Source of the DNA: Eledone cirrhosa
Lineage: Eukaryota
Direction of reading: 5' to 3'
Assembly: GCA_964016885.1 (NCBI GenBank)
Contig: OZ024741.1
Span: 311,736,001 to 311,800,000 of the forward strand
Length of the DNA: 64,000 nucleotides
Shown here piece by piece: positions 27,138 to 39,624 of this stretch (position 1 is the first letter of the stretch; every line of letters begins with the position of its first letter). The translations under genes and the position numbers were made by a program. The notes under the pieces were generated by a model. It made no database searches, was not told the DNA's origin, and saw only the letters and a list, made by a program, of their open reading frames with translations.

Positions 27138-30100
27138 AATTATTATTAAGATGATGATTTAAAACTTGATTTGAGTTCTGCTTCTTTCCAAATGAAGGGG
27201 TATTATTCTTACAGAGATAGAGCTCTTCTCAATATGTGTGCAGTACCAGTCAAAAGAATTTGTTGCAGCTCTTGCAGAGAGAGTAAACAAGGGAATATTC
27301 TCAAATACTGTTCTGCTACTTTCTTGATCATCCCCAGTGCTCCCACAATCACTGGTTTTGTAACGGCTTTGAGGTGCCACATTTTGTTTCGATCAATTAG
27401 CAGATATTTATATTTTGTTAGCTTGTCAAATTCTTTTGCCGCGATATTGTAATCACAGGGGATGCTCATATCAATCAATAAACAGACCTTGGTATGTTGG
27501 TCGTTTATAATGATAGCTGATCTATTAGATTTCATTGTCCTGTCAGTATATAAAGAAAAATCCCAAAGAATTTTTAATTCTTCTCTTTCAGTTACAGCCA
27601 CAGGTTGATGGTTGTCAGCAGCTTTGATTTAATAATGCCGACATACTACCCGATGCAGATATTGGCCAACTCTGTCATGTCTATATTTGTACTCTACTGA
27701 GGCTAAAACTTTACATCTGGAAACTAGGTAGTCTACTGTTCCAAACTCAACATTGCAAAATCGGCACTTTGGATTTACTCCATTCTCCCATCATATTGGC
27801 CTGGTAATTCCATGCCAGTAAGGTTTGATCTTGGGCAGGTATGATGAAGCCTTCGCTCTCTGCTTTTAGCTCTGAATTACCTAGCCACTGATGGGAATGT
27901 TTCTGGTCAACATCAGCTTGTTTGCTACGGGCCACATATTTGCCATGCAAACGTTTCTGCTCCCACTTTGATGGTAATGATTCTTGCTCATTTGCTTTTG
28001 CCATTAATTTTATATGATTAGCAGCATCGGTTGCAACAGTTTCCTTAGTCTGTGCAACCTTGGGATCACGCATGAGATCAGTAGCGTATTTGTTTATCTC
28101 CTTCAAGATATAATGAAGCTTCTTACTTCCCTCATGTTTTTCAACAGGTTTCAGTATACAGTCGTTTGCTGTTACAAGCTATTTGGTCAGTCCAATAGTA
28201 GTGATCTTGTAGGTAAGTTCAAATTGAATCAGGTCACGGCCTCCTTGAGCTCTAGGAAGGTAAACACGATCCACATCTGCTTTCAGGTGGTGCATCCTAT
28301 TACAAGTCAGTAACTTACGGATTTTTAATTTTACTCATATTCCAGTTCAACACACCGAGGATATAAGTGACAACTGGAACTGTCAAAGTATTTATGAGTA
28401 ACCCCTTGTTATATGCATTTAGTTGTGATCTCAGACCTGCGCGTTCTCTCCTTTAACATTCCTTCCTTATCCTCTCTTTTATACTTGCATGCTGAATGCT
28501 AGAGCCCTCATTAATCCCTATGAATTTATAGGTTTGTTCCTGCTCAAGTTCCTTTATGAATGTTTCAGCATTTAAATCAACTGAGTTTGAGTTGACAAGC
28601 TTCCCCTTCTTGAAAGTGGCTTTGGCACACTTATGAAGTTCAAACTCCATTCTTATGTCATCACTAAATCTTTTTACTGTCCGCAATATCTTTGCAATAT
28701 AGATTTAAATCATCCATATAGAATAGGTGGCTTATTTTCTTGTTGGCAATTTTGTAACAATACCCTGTTCTATTATATAAGGGGTATTGAAGATATGCAA
28801 AAGAGTTGGGCTGAAAGTGAGTCACCTTGGAAAATGCCACATTTGGTGTTTATATTCTTAGAACTTTAGTACTCCATTGGAATGATATAATTGGAGGTTT
28901 GTGTTCCACAATGACATATAGTGTTTTAGGAAATTTGAAATCACAGGTGAGATTTTAAAGATGTCCAGTGATTTCAGAATCCATGAGGGCGGTATGCTGT
29001 CAAAAGCTTTTTTGTAAATAATCCATGGGAAACAGATTTCTGCGTTTATTAAGACATTTCTCAAGGAAAGCCAGAAATTTGGCATCTGTCTCTACAGGGA
29101 TATTTCCACTTATGAGCTTTATTAAGTGTCATCCTTAAGTCTGCTATAGGGATGCCATCCCATGCTTGTTCTTGTAAATTTATGTAGGATTTTCCCAAGC
29201 GACTAATCCAATCTACATTAGCATTATATGACTTCTCATCACTCCAAATCTTTCTCCAAAAGTTTTAAACTTCTATGGAAGGGGACTCTTCAATAATTAT
29301 TTTCTCCTTCCATATTTCTCTATAAAATGACTTAGCATTGCATGTGACCAATTTATTTTGCCGGAAGAAGATCTTTCGCTTCTCGAATCTACGAATTCGT
29401 TGGGTTTTCACTTGGTCTTTTTGCTTCAGAGTTTTCTTTGTTGATATTAATACTTCTCTAGAAGAAAGTTCATATTTTCTCTTTAGCTTTCTTCCCTTCC
29501 TGGATCTTATATCATTTCTAGCGATTAGCTCATTCAGTAAAGATATTTCCCCCTCTCATTAGGTTAATCTCGTTTTCAATTCTAATTCTCCAAATTGGTT
29601 TACTTCTCAAGTTAGACTTTCTTTGTTTCTTTTATGGTAAACAACTTGTTTCAATTACTCTAGCAGTTGCATAAATGATTTCATTTAACCCGGTAAGATA
29701 AGGTTCTAATTCATCTATGATTTCTTTTGTTACAGATTTACTAATCATTATTTGCTTTGCATTGTATTTGGGAGTTTTGAAGTGATTCTCTATCATCTAT
29801 ACTAGTCTTACAACTGCAAGCTCATTCAATATTTTATGTTTCAATCCCTTCATAGGCTCTCGGTGTTCTTCAGAAAAATGTTTGGTCTTCAAGTACTCTT
29901 TCTTTGCTCCATTCCTATTTATTTTTAGCAAGTTCAATAGGACTTCTCATTTCTACAAACCTATTTGAAATTTGGTCAGATGGTTGTCTTTCGATAAAGA
30001 CTTGTGACTGGTTACTACCTCCAGGAGATTCTTCAGTTTTTTCATGAATTATATATATGTCATTCTCCACAGCATGCTTGATCGCAGTTATTTCAGTATC

Positions 30101-30600
30101 TGTGAGTATATTATTTCTGAAAATATCCGTCCTGACATTTGCTAACTTATTTTCATCCAGATATCGTCTGCTAGCTTGATTTCGTGTTTTCCAAATTTTG
30201 TGAGAGTTTGCGGTGTATGTGCCTTGTGATGGCTTATCTAATGCATAGTAATATGCGTATATTACTTATTTATACACTTCTCGGGTTCATTTCATCTTTT
30301 TATATTTTCATTTTGAGGTGGCTTTGGTTGCGCAGCTGGGGAGGGGAGGTAGGTGGGAAGGGGGGAGCTTGAGTTGACGCCATCTCCGTTCAAGTGAACA
30401 TCTAGGAGAAGAGTTTGTGCCAGAGGAAGACTTTTCCATCTGACGTTGGCACCTTCCTGAAGGACGCGCTTTCTGATTAACCATAGCCCAAGCGATTTGG
30501 TGTTCTGTATTAATTTTTATTTGTTTTCCCGCAATTCATGCTTGCGTTACCCATGGAGTTGATAGTCCTTGGAATGTTACCCGGCTCTTTGGGTAGTGCA
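27138..30600 (-). mobile_element. Second R4/Dong-like family, degenerate near full-length
   Basis: KKAFDSIPPSWI, FSDDIRMEFELHKCAK, LKAESEGFIIPAQDQ, KILWDFSLYTD, IVGALG and TAHILRRAL. Short (TAA)n at the 3' end. Confidence 0.85.
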
Positions 30601-30898
30601 TTGGGTAGCTATCAGTGAAATCATTATCACCATTGTAACAACAATATAGTTATGGCCATTGCAATTGTTGATTGGGGTGATGTTGTGATGGTTGCCGCTG
30701 TAAGATGTGTATACGTATGTGCGATACTTGATTTAACGTCATTGGACATTTGGTCACATGTTGACCCCCCCCCTCTCTCTCTCTGTATAACTAACACTTT
30801 AATAGTATCTATCTCTGTCTAACGGCCTATCACTCTTGTTCCACTCCCACTGTTTTTATGTCCCTCTCTGTAGATGTCTGTTTGTATTTTTCCTAATT

Positions 30899-30949
<51 letters not shown>

Positions 30950-30959
<10 letters not shown>

Positions 30960-31106
30960 ATATTGGTATATATTGAAGGAAGATACGGAAAATAAAACAG
31001 TGTTGTCATATAAATAGTGAAGAGCGACAGAGAGAGTAAAGCTAAGAAACTATATGGCGGTGTGTAGGATACATACACAGCATAATACATACATACGACG
31101 CTCATA

Positions 31107-31181
<75 letters not shown>

Positions 31182-31850
31182 GTGTATATATAGTTTTCCT
31201 AATCTTTCTCTAAATCTCTCTCTATGTGTATATATTGAAGGGAGATACGGAAACTAAACCGGTGTTGTCATACAGAGAGTGAAGAGCGACAGAGAGAGTA
31301 AAGCTGTTAAATTATAGAGCTATACATACATACAGACACTCTCTCTATATATGTATATGTGTATATATTGAAGGGAGATACGGAAACTAAAACAGTGTTG
31401 TCATATAGAGAGTGAAGAGTGACAGGGAGAGTAAAGCAGATACATTATAGAGAGAGGGAAGAAGGACGGAGAGAGTAAAGCTAAGAAACTATAGGGAGGT
31501 TTGTAGGATACATACGTGTTGACCGAATTAACATACGACGCTCATCCCTACGAAAAGTAAAAGATTGGTGTCATATAGAGAGTGATGAGAGACAGTGTGT
31601 AAAGCAGTTAAATTATAGAGAGGGTGAAAGGAGAGATAGAGAGTGACGTCGCTCAGCTTTATAATATTTGAGGGTGAAGAGCGACAGAGAGAGTAAAGCA
31701 GTTAAATTATAGGGAGGGGGAATGATCTAATATAGAGAGAGGGAAGAGCGATGGAGAGAGTAAAGTTAAGAAACTATAGGGAGGTGTGTAGGATACATAA
31801 ATACATAATACACACGACACTCAGCTTTATAATATTATATATTGTAGTAT
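30950..31850. repeat. Degenerate GA-rich minisatellite array, possibly Helitron-internal
   Basis: Recurrent gagagtaaagcagttaaattatag, gagagtaaagctaagaaactata and cgacgctca modules. Confidence 0.6.
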
Positions 31851-32903
31851 AAGACATTTCTATATATCGTTATTTAAAAAATAAATAATTATTTATTACA
31901 TAAATGATTACGCGTGAATATAGATCTTATTTTAATATTAGCTGGCCCGTCTGGCTTTCGCCCAGGTAGGTATACCGGCATTTTATATTTTCAGGATTCC
32001 CCCTCCACTCCAGTGCAAAGATACCGCACGCCCTCTCAAATCAGCTACGGGGGGGGGGGGGGGGGGTGACGTTTGGGTTTTAATAGATTTTAGGATTCCC
32101 CAGTTCAGCAGCCAGTACGTTAAAGAAAATTGATAGTTACAACAATAAAGGTCGAACAGAGAACACAATTTTTTACATGCTTTACAATAATTTGTACAAT
32201 CATAATGGAAATTCCAAGTAACAGAAAATACGTAAATTACATTGTTAGAGCCTCAGAGCATATAATATTTTTTGTTCGGCCCTCGGGAGCAAAGATGAAG
32301 AGATTGTTTGGTGAGCTCACCCTAGAGCATCCTACATACACTTGACCATGGGAGAAGCATGATTTTCCCAGATGAAGGCCAGCCAATTTTAGGGTTTGAC
32401 CCTGAGCTTTGTTTATGGAATCGCGAAGTTTAGTCTCTCTGTTGCTCTAGTAACATTTTTTCTTCTGGAATATCTGAACTTGAGGCCAGGCTGGGACTTT
32501 TTAGGTGGCATATCGGCAGTAACAATGACGATAAGCCGCCTGTGAAATCAATCTGTGAACGCAGAAGTAAATATTTCGTAAAAAGTTGCAACTGAAGGAA
32601 AACAGGAAGACGATACTTTGGTTCGTGAAGAACAATATATATTTTAGCGTGCAACGTTACATCTATGTATCTAATGCAGACACCAGACATACAGAGACAT
32701 ATTGTAAGGGCGCGACGTTATAGCTATGTATCTATCTAAAAAGACAGACTAAGAAAGAGAGGGGAATGTCGTATAACCGGAAGTGTTGACATTTGAACAT
32801 TTTAAAGAAGTGAATATTTAAATAAACGATAAAATATAATTTGTGCACTATCCTCCTACTCTTGGTGCTAGTTGTCTAGTTCTATGCCTACTCCTGTGTT
32901 TTT

Positions 32904-33558
32904 TTAATTTTTGTATGAGCGGGTAGTGTTGGTGTTATCGGGTTTGTTGATTTTGTCCCTATCTGTTATAAACTGCAGCTTTTCCTTGTGTCCAGCCTTA
33001 TGTAATGCTGCGTTATAATAATTAGCATGTTCATTAAAAATGTCCAGGTTTGAGGATAGGCGGGATATTCTGAGGAATATACTACGTACTATGGAGTCAA
33101 TTATGGATCGGGGGTGGTTTGAGTTGTAACTAATGTAGGCTACATTTTCTTTATTTTTATGGAAGGGTTCTATTAAGATTGTGTTTAGGTTTAGAGTTAC
33201 ATCTAAAATATTTGCTTTTTTTAAATTAATTTCGAAAGTGATATCTAGGCCTAGTTTTTTGAAGAATGTTCTAATGTTTTTTCGTAATCTTTCCATATTC
33301 TGGTTATTTAAGTTTTTAGCTATAAGGAGCGTATCATCGCTATAAATTCCTCCTTGGAGGTTATTGAACTCTTTATGTAAGTTGTGTGCTATAAATATCC
33401 CCACAACGTCCGTTATTTGAGTAGTTCGATCCCATTGTGATATCGGAGCTATTCTTCCTATTTTTTCTTTCCCAGTAGCTATTTCCGAATATTATGATAG
33501 TCCTTCTAGCAGCTAGTATCATTTTAATTTCATCTGAGGTAAGGTCCGATACTGCCAA
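32904..33558 (-). mobile_element. Penelope-like RT fragment
   Basis: DITMGS, GGIYSDD, ILDVTLNL, YISYNSNHP and RISRLSS motifs typical of PLE RT/thumb. Confidence 0.8.
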
Positions 33559-33731
33559 GAAGGGGTTGATGGACCCAGCATATTTATCAATGCCAGGACC
33601 GGTTGTATCTCAGCATACTCCATGGGAAATGTAAGATATATTCCCAGAGTATACACATAGTTATTCGCTTCAATACAATACACGTGAAACGGGCGCCTAT
33701 ATTAGTACCCAGTCTCGAGTTTCAGCCGCAC

Positions 33732-33824
<93 letters not shown>

Positions 33825-34229
33825 ACACATATTCAACGCAGGAAGAAGGGTGGTTTTTAGCAGGTTCCTTATGTTTGAAGATCAGTCACTTTAATCTATA
33901 AATAGATTGGAGGTTGACCTAGGTGTGTCTAAATGTTGTGGAGGGGAGGGATTTGACGAACATCTGGTGGTGGGAGCAGAGAATTGTATCTCTAGTGGGA
34001 ACTGAGAGTTGTATCTCTTTTATCTGTTTGTTTTCTTTTCAAATTTTGTATTTAGACATTTGTATTAATCAATTGGAATGATTAAAATGCAATCGGGTCT
34101 AAATAAAATGTAAACAACGATTGCATTGAGAAAATATATAAAAGACATTTACGTAAATTTTGCCACGTGCAGATGTAGAGTTCCCGCTTTTGCCAATGTC
34201 CACAGGTGTTAGGACCGCCATCTCCACCA

Positions 34230-36955
34230 CCACAATGACGAAGAGTACGTCGAAAACCAGTGATACTACCAGCACCAAAAAACACCACCACAGCAACAAC
34301 TGAAATAAAAAGATTATATCGTGATAACAAAATGGATTCTCGCACTGGATTCTTCTACATTGAACGCCACTGACACGACCACCACCACAGCAACAACTGA
34401 AACAAAAATAATAATAACAAAAATAACAATAACAGCAAAAGCAACAATAAGAATAAAAACAACACCACCAACACAAGCGCGAAACCAAATGTGGTTTTTG
34501 CTAAAGTGGCGATCAAAAACAAAACGATTGAGGTAAACCAGGAAGAACTGAATGCGTCCAGGCGATTGGTGAATAAAAATGACTATAGGGAGAGCCTCAC
34601 TCCCCCATCAAATACCATGTAACATCAGTGCCTATGTACTGTATCATTCCGCACCATTAATATATAAACACGCAGAGCGCAGCGAGCTTCCGAGTCCCAT
34701 ATAAAAAAAAAACGTTGGGACATGTGCGCGCTCAAAAGACCCACATCAGATATGGACAAATATATGGGAGAGTGGACGTGTTCTTTGGAACCCCACAGGA
34801 AGCGAGAGAGCACTCCATGTCCCCATTAAAAAGTGACGAGTTCACACTCGTCCCAAGCTACTGTGAGCAAAGGCTCGTAAGAGTAAGGGTGACCCAGGTT
34901 TCGCCGGCCATTGAAATTCCCTGGCTGATGGCTGCCGTCTTCACCTACATCGAGGCCGACACAAAGGTGATCGAGGTGATTAGAGCAAAACAGGATAACT
35001 GGTAAGGATCTGGAATGGAGCTGCTGATACAAGCGGTGGACTAGAAGAACATCCAATAGATTCCAGAGATGATAGGGTTCGATGACGGCAGCCACCTCAC
35101 CATAATCGTTGAAGGTAGAAGGGCTAGGTGTGTCGTTTGTGCCGAGGGAACCGACATACAGGCCTTCTGCTCGCAGGGAACAATGGCTAAAAAATTAAAG
35201 CCACCTCTCCTGCTCACAACACAGGCTCAACCAGCAAAATCTGCAGCAGAAATGGCAACACCAACTATAGTAGCAACGACAGCCGCAACTGTAGTAACAA
35301 CAATAGCAAGACCAACACCACCACCGCCCACCGCACTAGAAGTAGCACCAGCACCTCCGCGCTACAACCAACACCAATGCCTGTGGAAGACATGCCCTTC
35401 CCAACCTCTCACAACTGCAGATGGATTGTGACGAGGAGAAGGGGTAGGGAACTTTATATGTAAAAGAAAAAGAAACCAGAAAAGTTAGAATTCTCTTCCA
35501 ATCCCCCCCACCCCACAAGAAATAGAGGGCGAAACAAACTAAATGACAAGAAAGTTATGACAGCTACGCCACCATCCACTCCAGCATGACCAGCCCACCA
35601 CCACAAACGCCAACACCATCAGCATCACCAACCCCAACACCACCATCACCAACACCACAAAAAACGCAAACACAACAAAGCAACGAAACTGAGACTGAAA
35701 CGCACTACACAACATTAAACTTGAACAATAAGCAATTATTACACTACCCCCAACACAATACCAGCATCAGAGAGAAAAACAAAAACTATACAAAACCCCA
35801 ACAATTCACATCACTTACACACATACACATCACTCGTATCACACAGAAAATATACACAACTCTAAAATCAAAATTCCCCAAGGACCTCGGAAATTTCCGA
35901 CCAACACTTTCCAGGAGGATTTATGAAAACATCCTTCCGGAGGGGGCCACAAACAGTCAGAAGGACGGCAAAGCCATCCTTCCTCCTCAAGAACTGAGGT
36001 AAGAGGTATTTTCCATCTTTTGCCACTCATTTTCAACATGACTTTACCCAGAATAATCAGCATAAATGCACGTGGCCTGGGTTCGTCTTGGAAATAGGGT
36101 CACCTGCTCAGTGACCTCAGATCAATGAACATAGATGTGGTGGCCATCAATGAGACCAGAATTTCCGAGACCCATGCCTTCGCACCCATCTTCAGTGGTT
36201 ACGATGTGTACGCATCACCAAGCCGGTCGGGATCAGGAGGCGGATTCACTGTGTTATTCGGAGAAGCCTGGATCTCGTGATACGGACCATATTCCTGGAC
36301 CCAGAAGGTAAGTCGGTGGTACTGGACGTGAACAGCAGCGAAGGCTATGCTTTTAGGCTGGTTGATGTTTATGTCCTGATAGGTGCAGGACGGCCTGATT
36401 TGTTCATGCGCCTGGAGACCTTCTTGGGAACGTCCGGCTCTTTAAAGTTAGTGGGCGATTGGAACGGGATCATGGGTGCACGCTGGTATTGTATAGGAGT
36501 AGCGGATAGCGGGGTGGTGGAGTAAAAGCCTCGCAAACCTACTAAGACGTTTCCAACTGTCTGACAGGTAGCGACTGGATTTCCCGAATTTTGCCAGTGT
36601 GGACATGGACAAACCGCGTCGGGTCATCCAGATCGTATCAAGATAGATTATTTGTGACGAAATATATAGTTCTAGCATAGGTTGTCTACAATTCAAAATA
36701 GTCGACGACACAGACCACAAACTTGTGTCCTGTGTGGTCGAATTATATAGCTTCATAGAGAGGGCCCGGCTACTGGAAGCTAAACGCGTCGTTGACAGCG
36801 TGTAAAGGCTACAGAGACCGGATTAGCGAACTATTTAAGCGGGCGTTGACGGATGAAATCGACAACAACAAATGGTGGGACGCCTTAAGAAGCGCAATTA
36901 AAATAAAGTCCATTAGGTTTAGTAAAGCAATAGAGAAAATTAGAGCAGAGGGAGA
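34230..36955 (+). mobile_element. L1/Tx1-like LINE, ORF1 + endonuclease part, degenerate
   Basis: ORF1 pieces homologous to 46317-47744. ORF2 start SINARGL..DVVAINET, LVGDWN, DTDHKLV and GYWKLN. Confidence 0.8.
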
Positions 36956-37150
36956 ACCTCTATCTATATCTATCTCTCTCTATATATATAAATTTTGAGT
37001 ATATGTTGGGTGTTTACTGACACCTCAGTATGCAGACTGGAGCACTCGACGAAGTACGCAGGTTGGTATTTTTACTCCGGAGTAATGTAAAATAAAATAA
37101 TTAAGTCAAATATGTAAAATTTGGCTTCATTTATTATAATTTATAGATAT

Positions 37151-37205
37151 ACTGCTATATATATTTCGGTGACAGCCATCATTGGCTGTGACCGCTTCGG
37201 GCAGT
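37151..37205 (-). ncRNA. Hammerhead fold with altered core (CCGAAGC)
   Basis: ACTGC-CCGAAGC-[GGTcACAGCCA atga TGGCTGTcACC]-GAAA-TATATA-TA-GCAGT. Confidence 0.6.
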
Positions 37206-37677
37206 CCTAATTGGTGTGGGAAAGACAGGTACACATGTTGTTGAAGTGTGTTTTACTCCGCCAATACATCGATATGTCTAGCTCCTGGTTGTGTTGTTAT
37301 TTCTCTGAGGAACTGGAATCATATGAGTTAGAACAAACGAATTTCGGCGTCATAGGACACACTCGCATCCCTTTGGTCAGTTGTGAAACATTCCTCAGTC
37401 AAAATTCTATAGAAATATTTTCGGAGGCAAGACAATCCGTTGTAGCTGTTTTTGTTTAAGTACAGCTGCCCTCCTCCATTGTGTTGGTAGTGGTTGTGAA
37501 GTTAAGGGGTCAGCTGGCAGGTCAGCTTTAGTCTGCTGCTGTTATGTTCAGAAGAATTTGCGTGTGTAGGTTGGCATCTATCCTGCCACCATTTCACGTG
37601 GTGGGGGTGCCAAACGAAGCCAAATTTCATATATTTGACTTAATTATTTCATTTTATATATACATATATATATATAA

Positions 37678-37757
<80 letters not shown>

Positions 37758-37927
37758 ATGTACGTCAATACACATCTTTTACCATTTCTCTGAGTGTTCT
37801 TAACCCCACTATCAGGCTAAATAATTTTCTTTAATTTCTTTACTCAAAATAAGGCAGTAGCTTACATTTATAATTTCAAACTCCCTCGCTGTTTCGAAAA
37901 TATTCTTACACACAGATATATATATAT

Positions 37928-38040
37928 TAAAATAACAGATTAAAGTTTGGGCAAAGAATCGCTGCTTTCATCCTTAACGGGATCTTCAGAAGATCCCGTT
38001 AAGGGTGAAAGCTGCGATTCTTTGCTTAAACTTTAATCTA
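37928..38040. repeat. Short foldback centred on an HHR-like core
   Basis: gcaaagaatcgctgctttcatccttaacgggatcttc-a-gaagatcccgttaagggtgaaagctgcgattctttgc. Same family as 49380-49487 and 56102-57045. Confidence 0.85.
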
Positions 38041-38149
38041 TACTTTTAATAAATATTTGCTCTTGGGTTCTTATATATTTGATACATATTTATCCTTATC
38101 GAGCCCTCTTGGGATTGTAGTCTTTACATTTATTATTATTACTATATAT

Positions 38150-38935
38150 CTATCTATCTAGGGCGGGTAACATTCCCGAGATCCATGGACGAGTTCTCTC
38201 CAGCGGTATCTGTCCATCATCATCGCTGCCATGTCCTGCGTCTCCAACAGACCGGTGTCTGTCCTTAGGCCATCAACATACATTAACCTATGTCTTCCTC
38301 TTCCCGTTTGTCGATGCAGGGCTCCCACAGGAGCACTGAGTGCAGTGTCAACTCCGGATGTCGGTGAGTATGTCCAGCTAACCTTAGTCTCCTCTGTATC
38401 ACGTTTGAGCTGACATTTGGGAGGCTCCCATACAGCTCTGAGTTTTTCATCCTCAGTGTATACAGATTAATGTTAAGAGCCATCCCCTTCATTCTCGTGT
38501 AGCACCCATCCACCATCTGAGTGAGTTTCCTCGTCAGTGTCCAAGTCTCAGGCCCATACAGCAGCACAGACACCACTACAGCTTTGCTCTTTCTCTCAAC
38601 CACATCCCCTTCCGTATTCCCAATCTTTGCTCCCAAATACAGGAAGTCCTCAACCAATTCTAGCATCTTTCCGCCTATATTATTAATCCCCTCTGGCTTC
38701 TCAACATTTTCTACCAGATATTTTGTCTTAGTCTCATTCATTTTCAGCCCCACACTCATCGACACAGTCTCAACCTCCTGCGTCAAAGCCTCTGCCTCCT
38801 TCACTGTGTTTGTCACCAATACTATGTCGTCGGCAAATTCAGCATCCGATATCCTTTTCGCATTAACTCTTCTGCTCTGAGCCGGTGTTACAGTAAAGCC
38901 AGGGTCCTGGTGTTTCCCCAGTGCAAGGCGCCTAC
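38150..38935 (-). mobile_element. RTE-like LINE 3' fragment (RT)
   Basis: DAEFADDIVL, GLKMNETKTK, FLYLG, SVLLYGPETWTL; (TAGA)n tail. Confidence 0.9.
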
Positions 38936-39255
38936 AATAGTCCACTACGATATATATATATACCAAAAAAAAAAAGAAGATATTTCCGCTCTAGATGGTT
39001 GAATACAATAAATGTAATCTGAGTTTTTCGAATATTAATAATAACGTTCGATTCGTTTGCAATTATGCAAACAAACCTTATTTTTAAAGCCATGCAGTAG
39101 AATGAACCCTTCATTCTTGCTCTTGTGTTGGCATGTAAACAGAACAGCAGACACTAATGTTTCTGGTTATCACCCTTCATCAGTACAGCTCGCTGTTCAC
39201 CTGCCAACTGTCAGAGCTAGTGAAAATATATGCTATTTTCTAAAATACACAGTGA

Positions 39256-39345
39256 CTGATCGGCCTGATTTGCATATTAGCAGACTGGCTGATCAGTCAG
39301 ATCTGCATATTAGCAGAATGGCTGATCAGCCAGATTTGCATAACA
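39256..39345. repeat. Three 33-bp tandem units with octamer-like ATTTGCAT
   Basis: ctgatc.g.c.gat(t/c)tgcata repeated at a 33-bp period. Confidence 0.8.
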
Positions 39346-39424
39346 GCTGACTGGCCAGTCAGACTGCTGTATACGAGCAAAACAAATTCAAAAACCAAAT
39401 ATATATATATAGTAATAATAATAA

Positions 39425-39611
39425 TTGTTTCTACTTTAGGCACAAGACCAGCAATTATCCAGTACATTACTGGTACTTAATCTTATCGACCCCGTAAGGA
39501 GGAAAAGAAAAGTTAACCTCGTCGAGATTTGAACTCAGACTGTAAAGGGACGTGACTATGCTAGAAAGCATGGCGTCCAACCCTCTACCGATACTACCAA
39601 TTCACCGCCCT
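39425..39611 (-). mobile_element. tRNA-derived SINE
   Basis: The minus strand has an A-box-like tggtagtatcggtag and a B box gagttcaaatct, followed by a ggggtcgataa..agtaccag central domain. Confidence 0.8.
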
Positions 39612-39624
39612 TATTTAGTAATAA

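Noticed and set aside
31938-32760. Second Helitron on minus (hairpin plus CTA end near 31940)
   Set aside because: The terminus is imperfect and no 5' end or empty site could be placed.
37335-37385. Minus-strand CTGACCA...GAAA motif
   Set aside because: The core is mutated and the stems are too weak to call.
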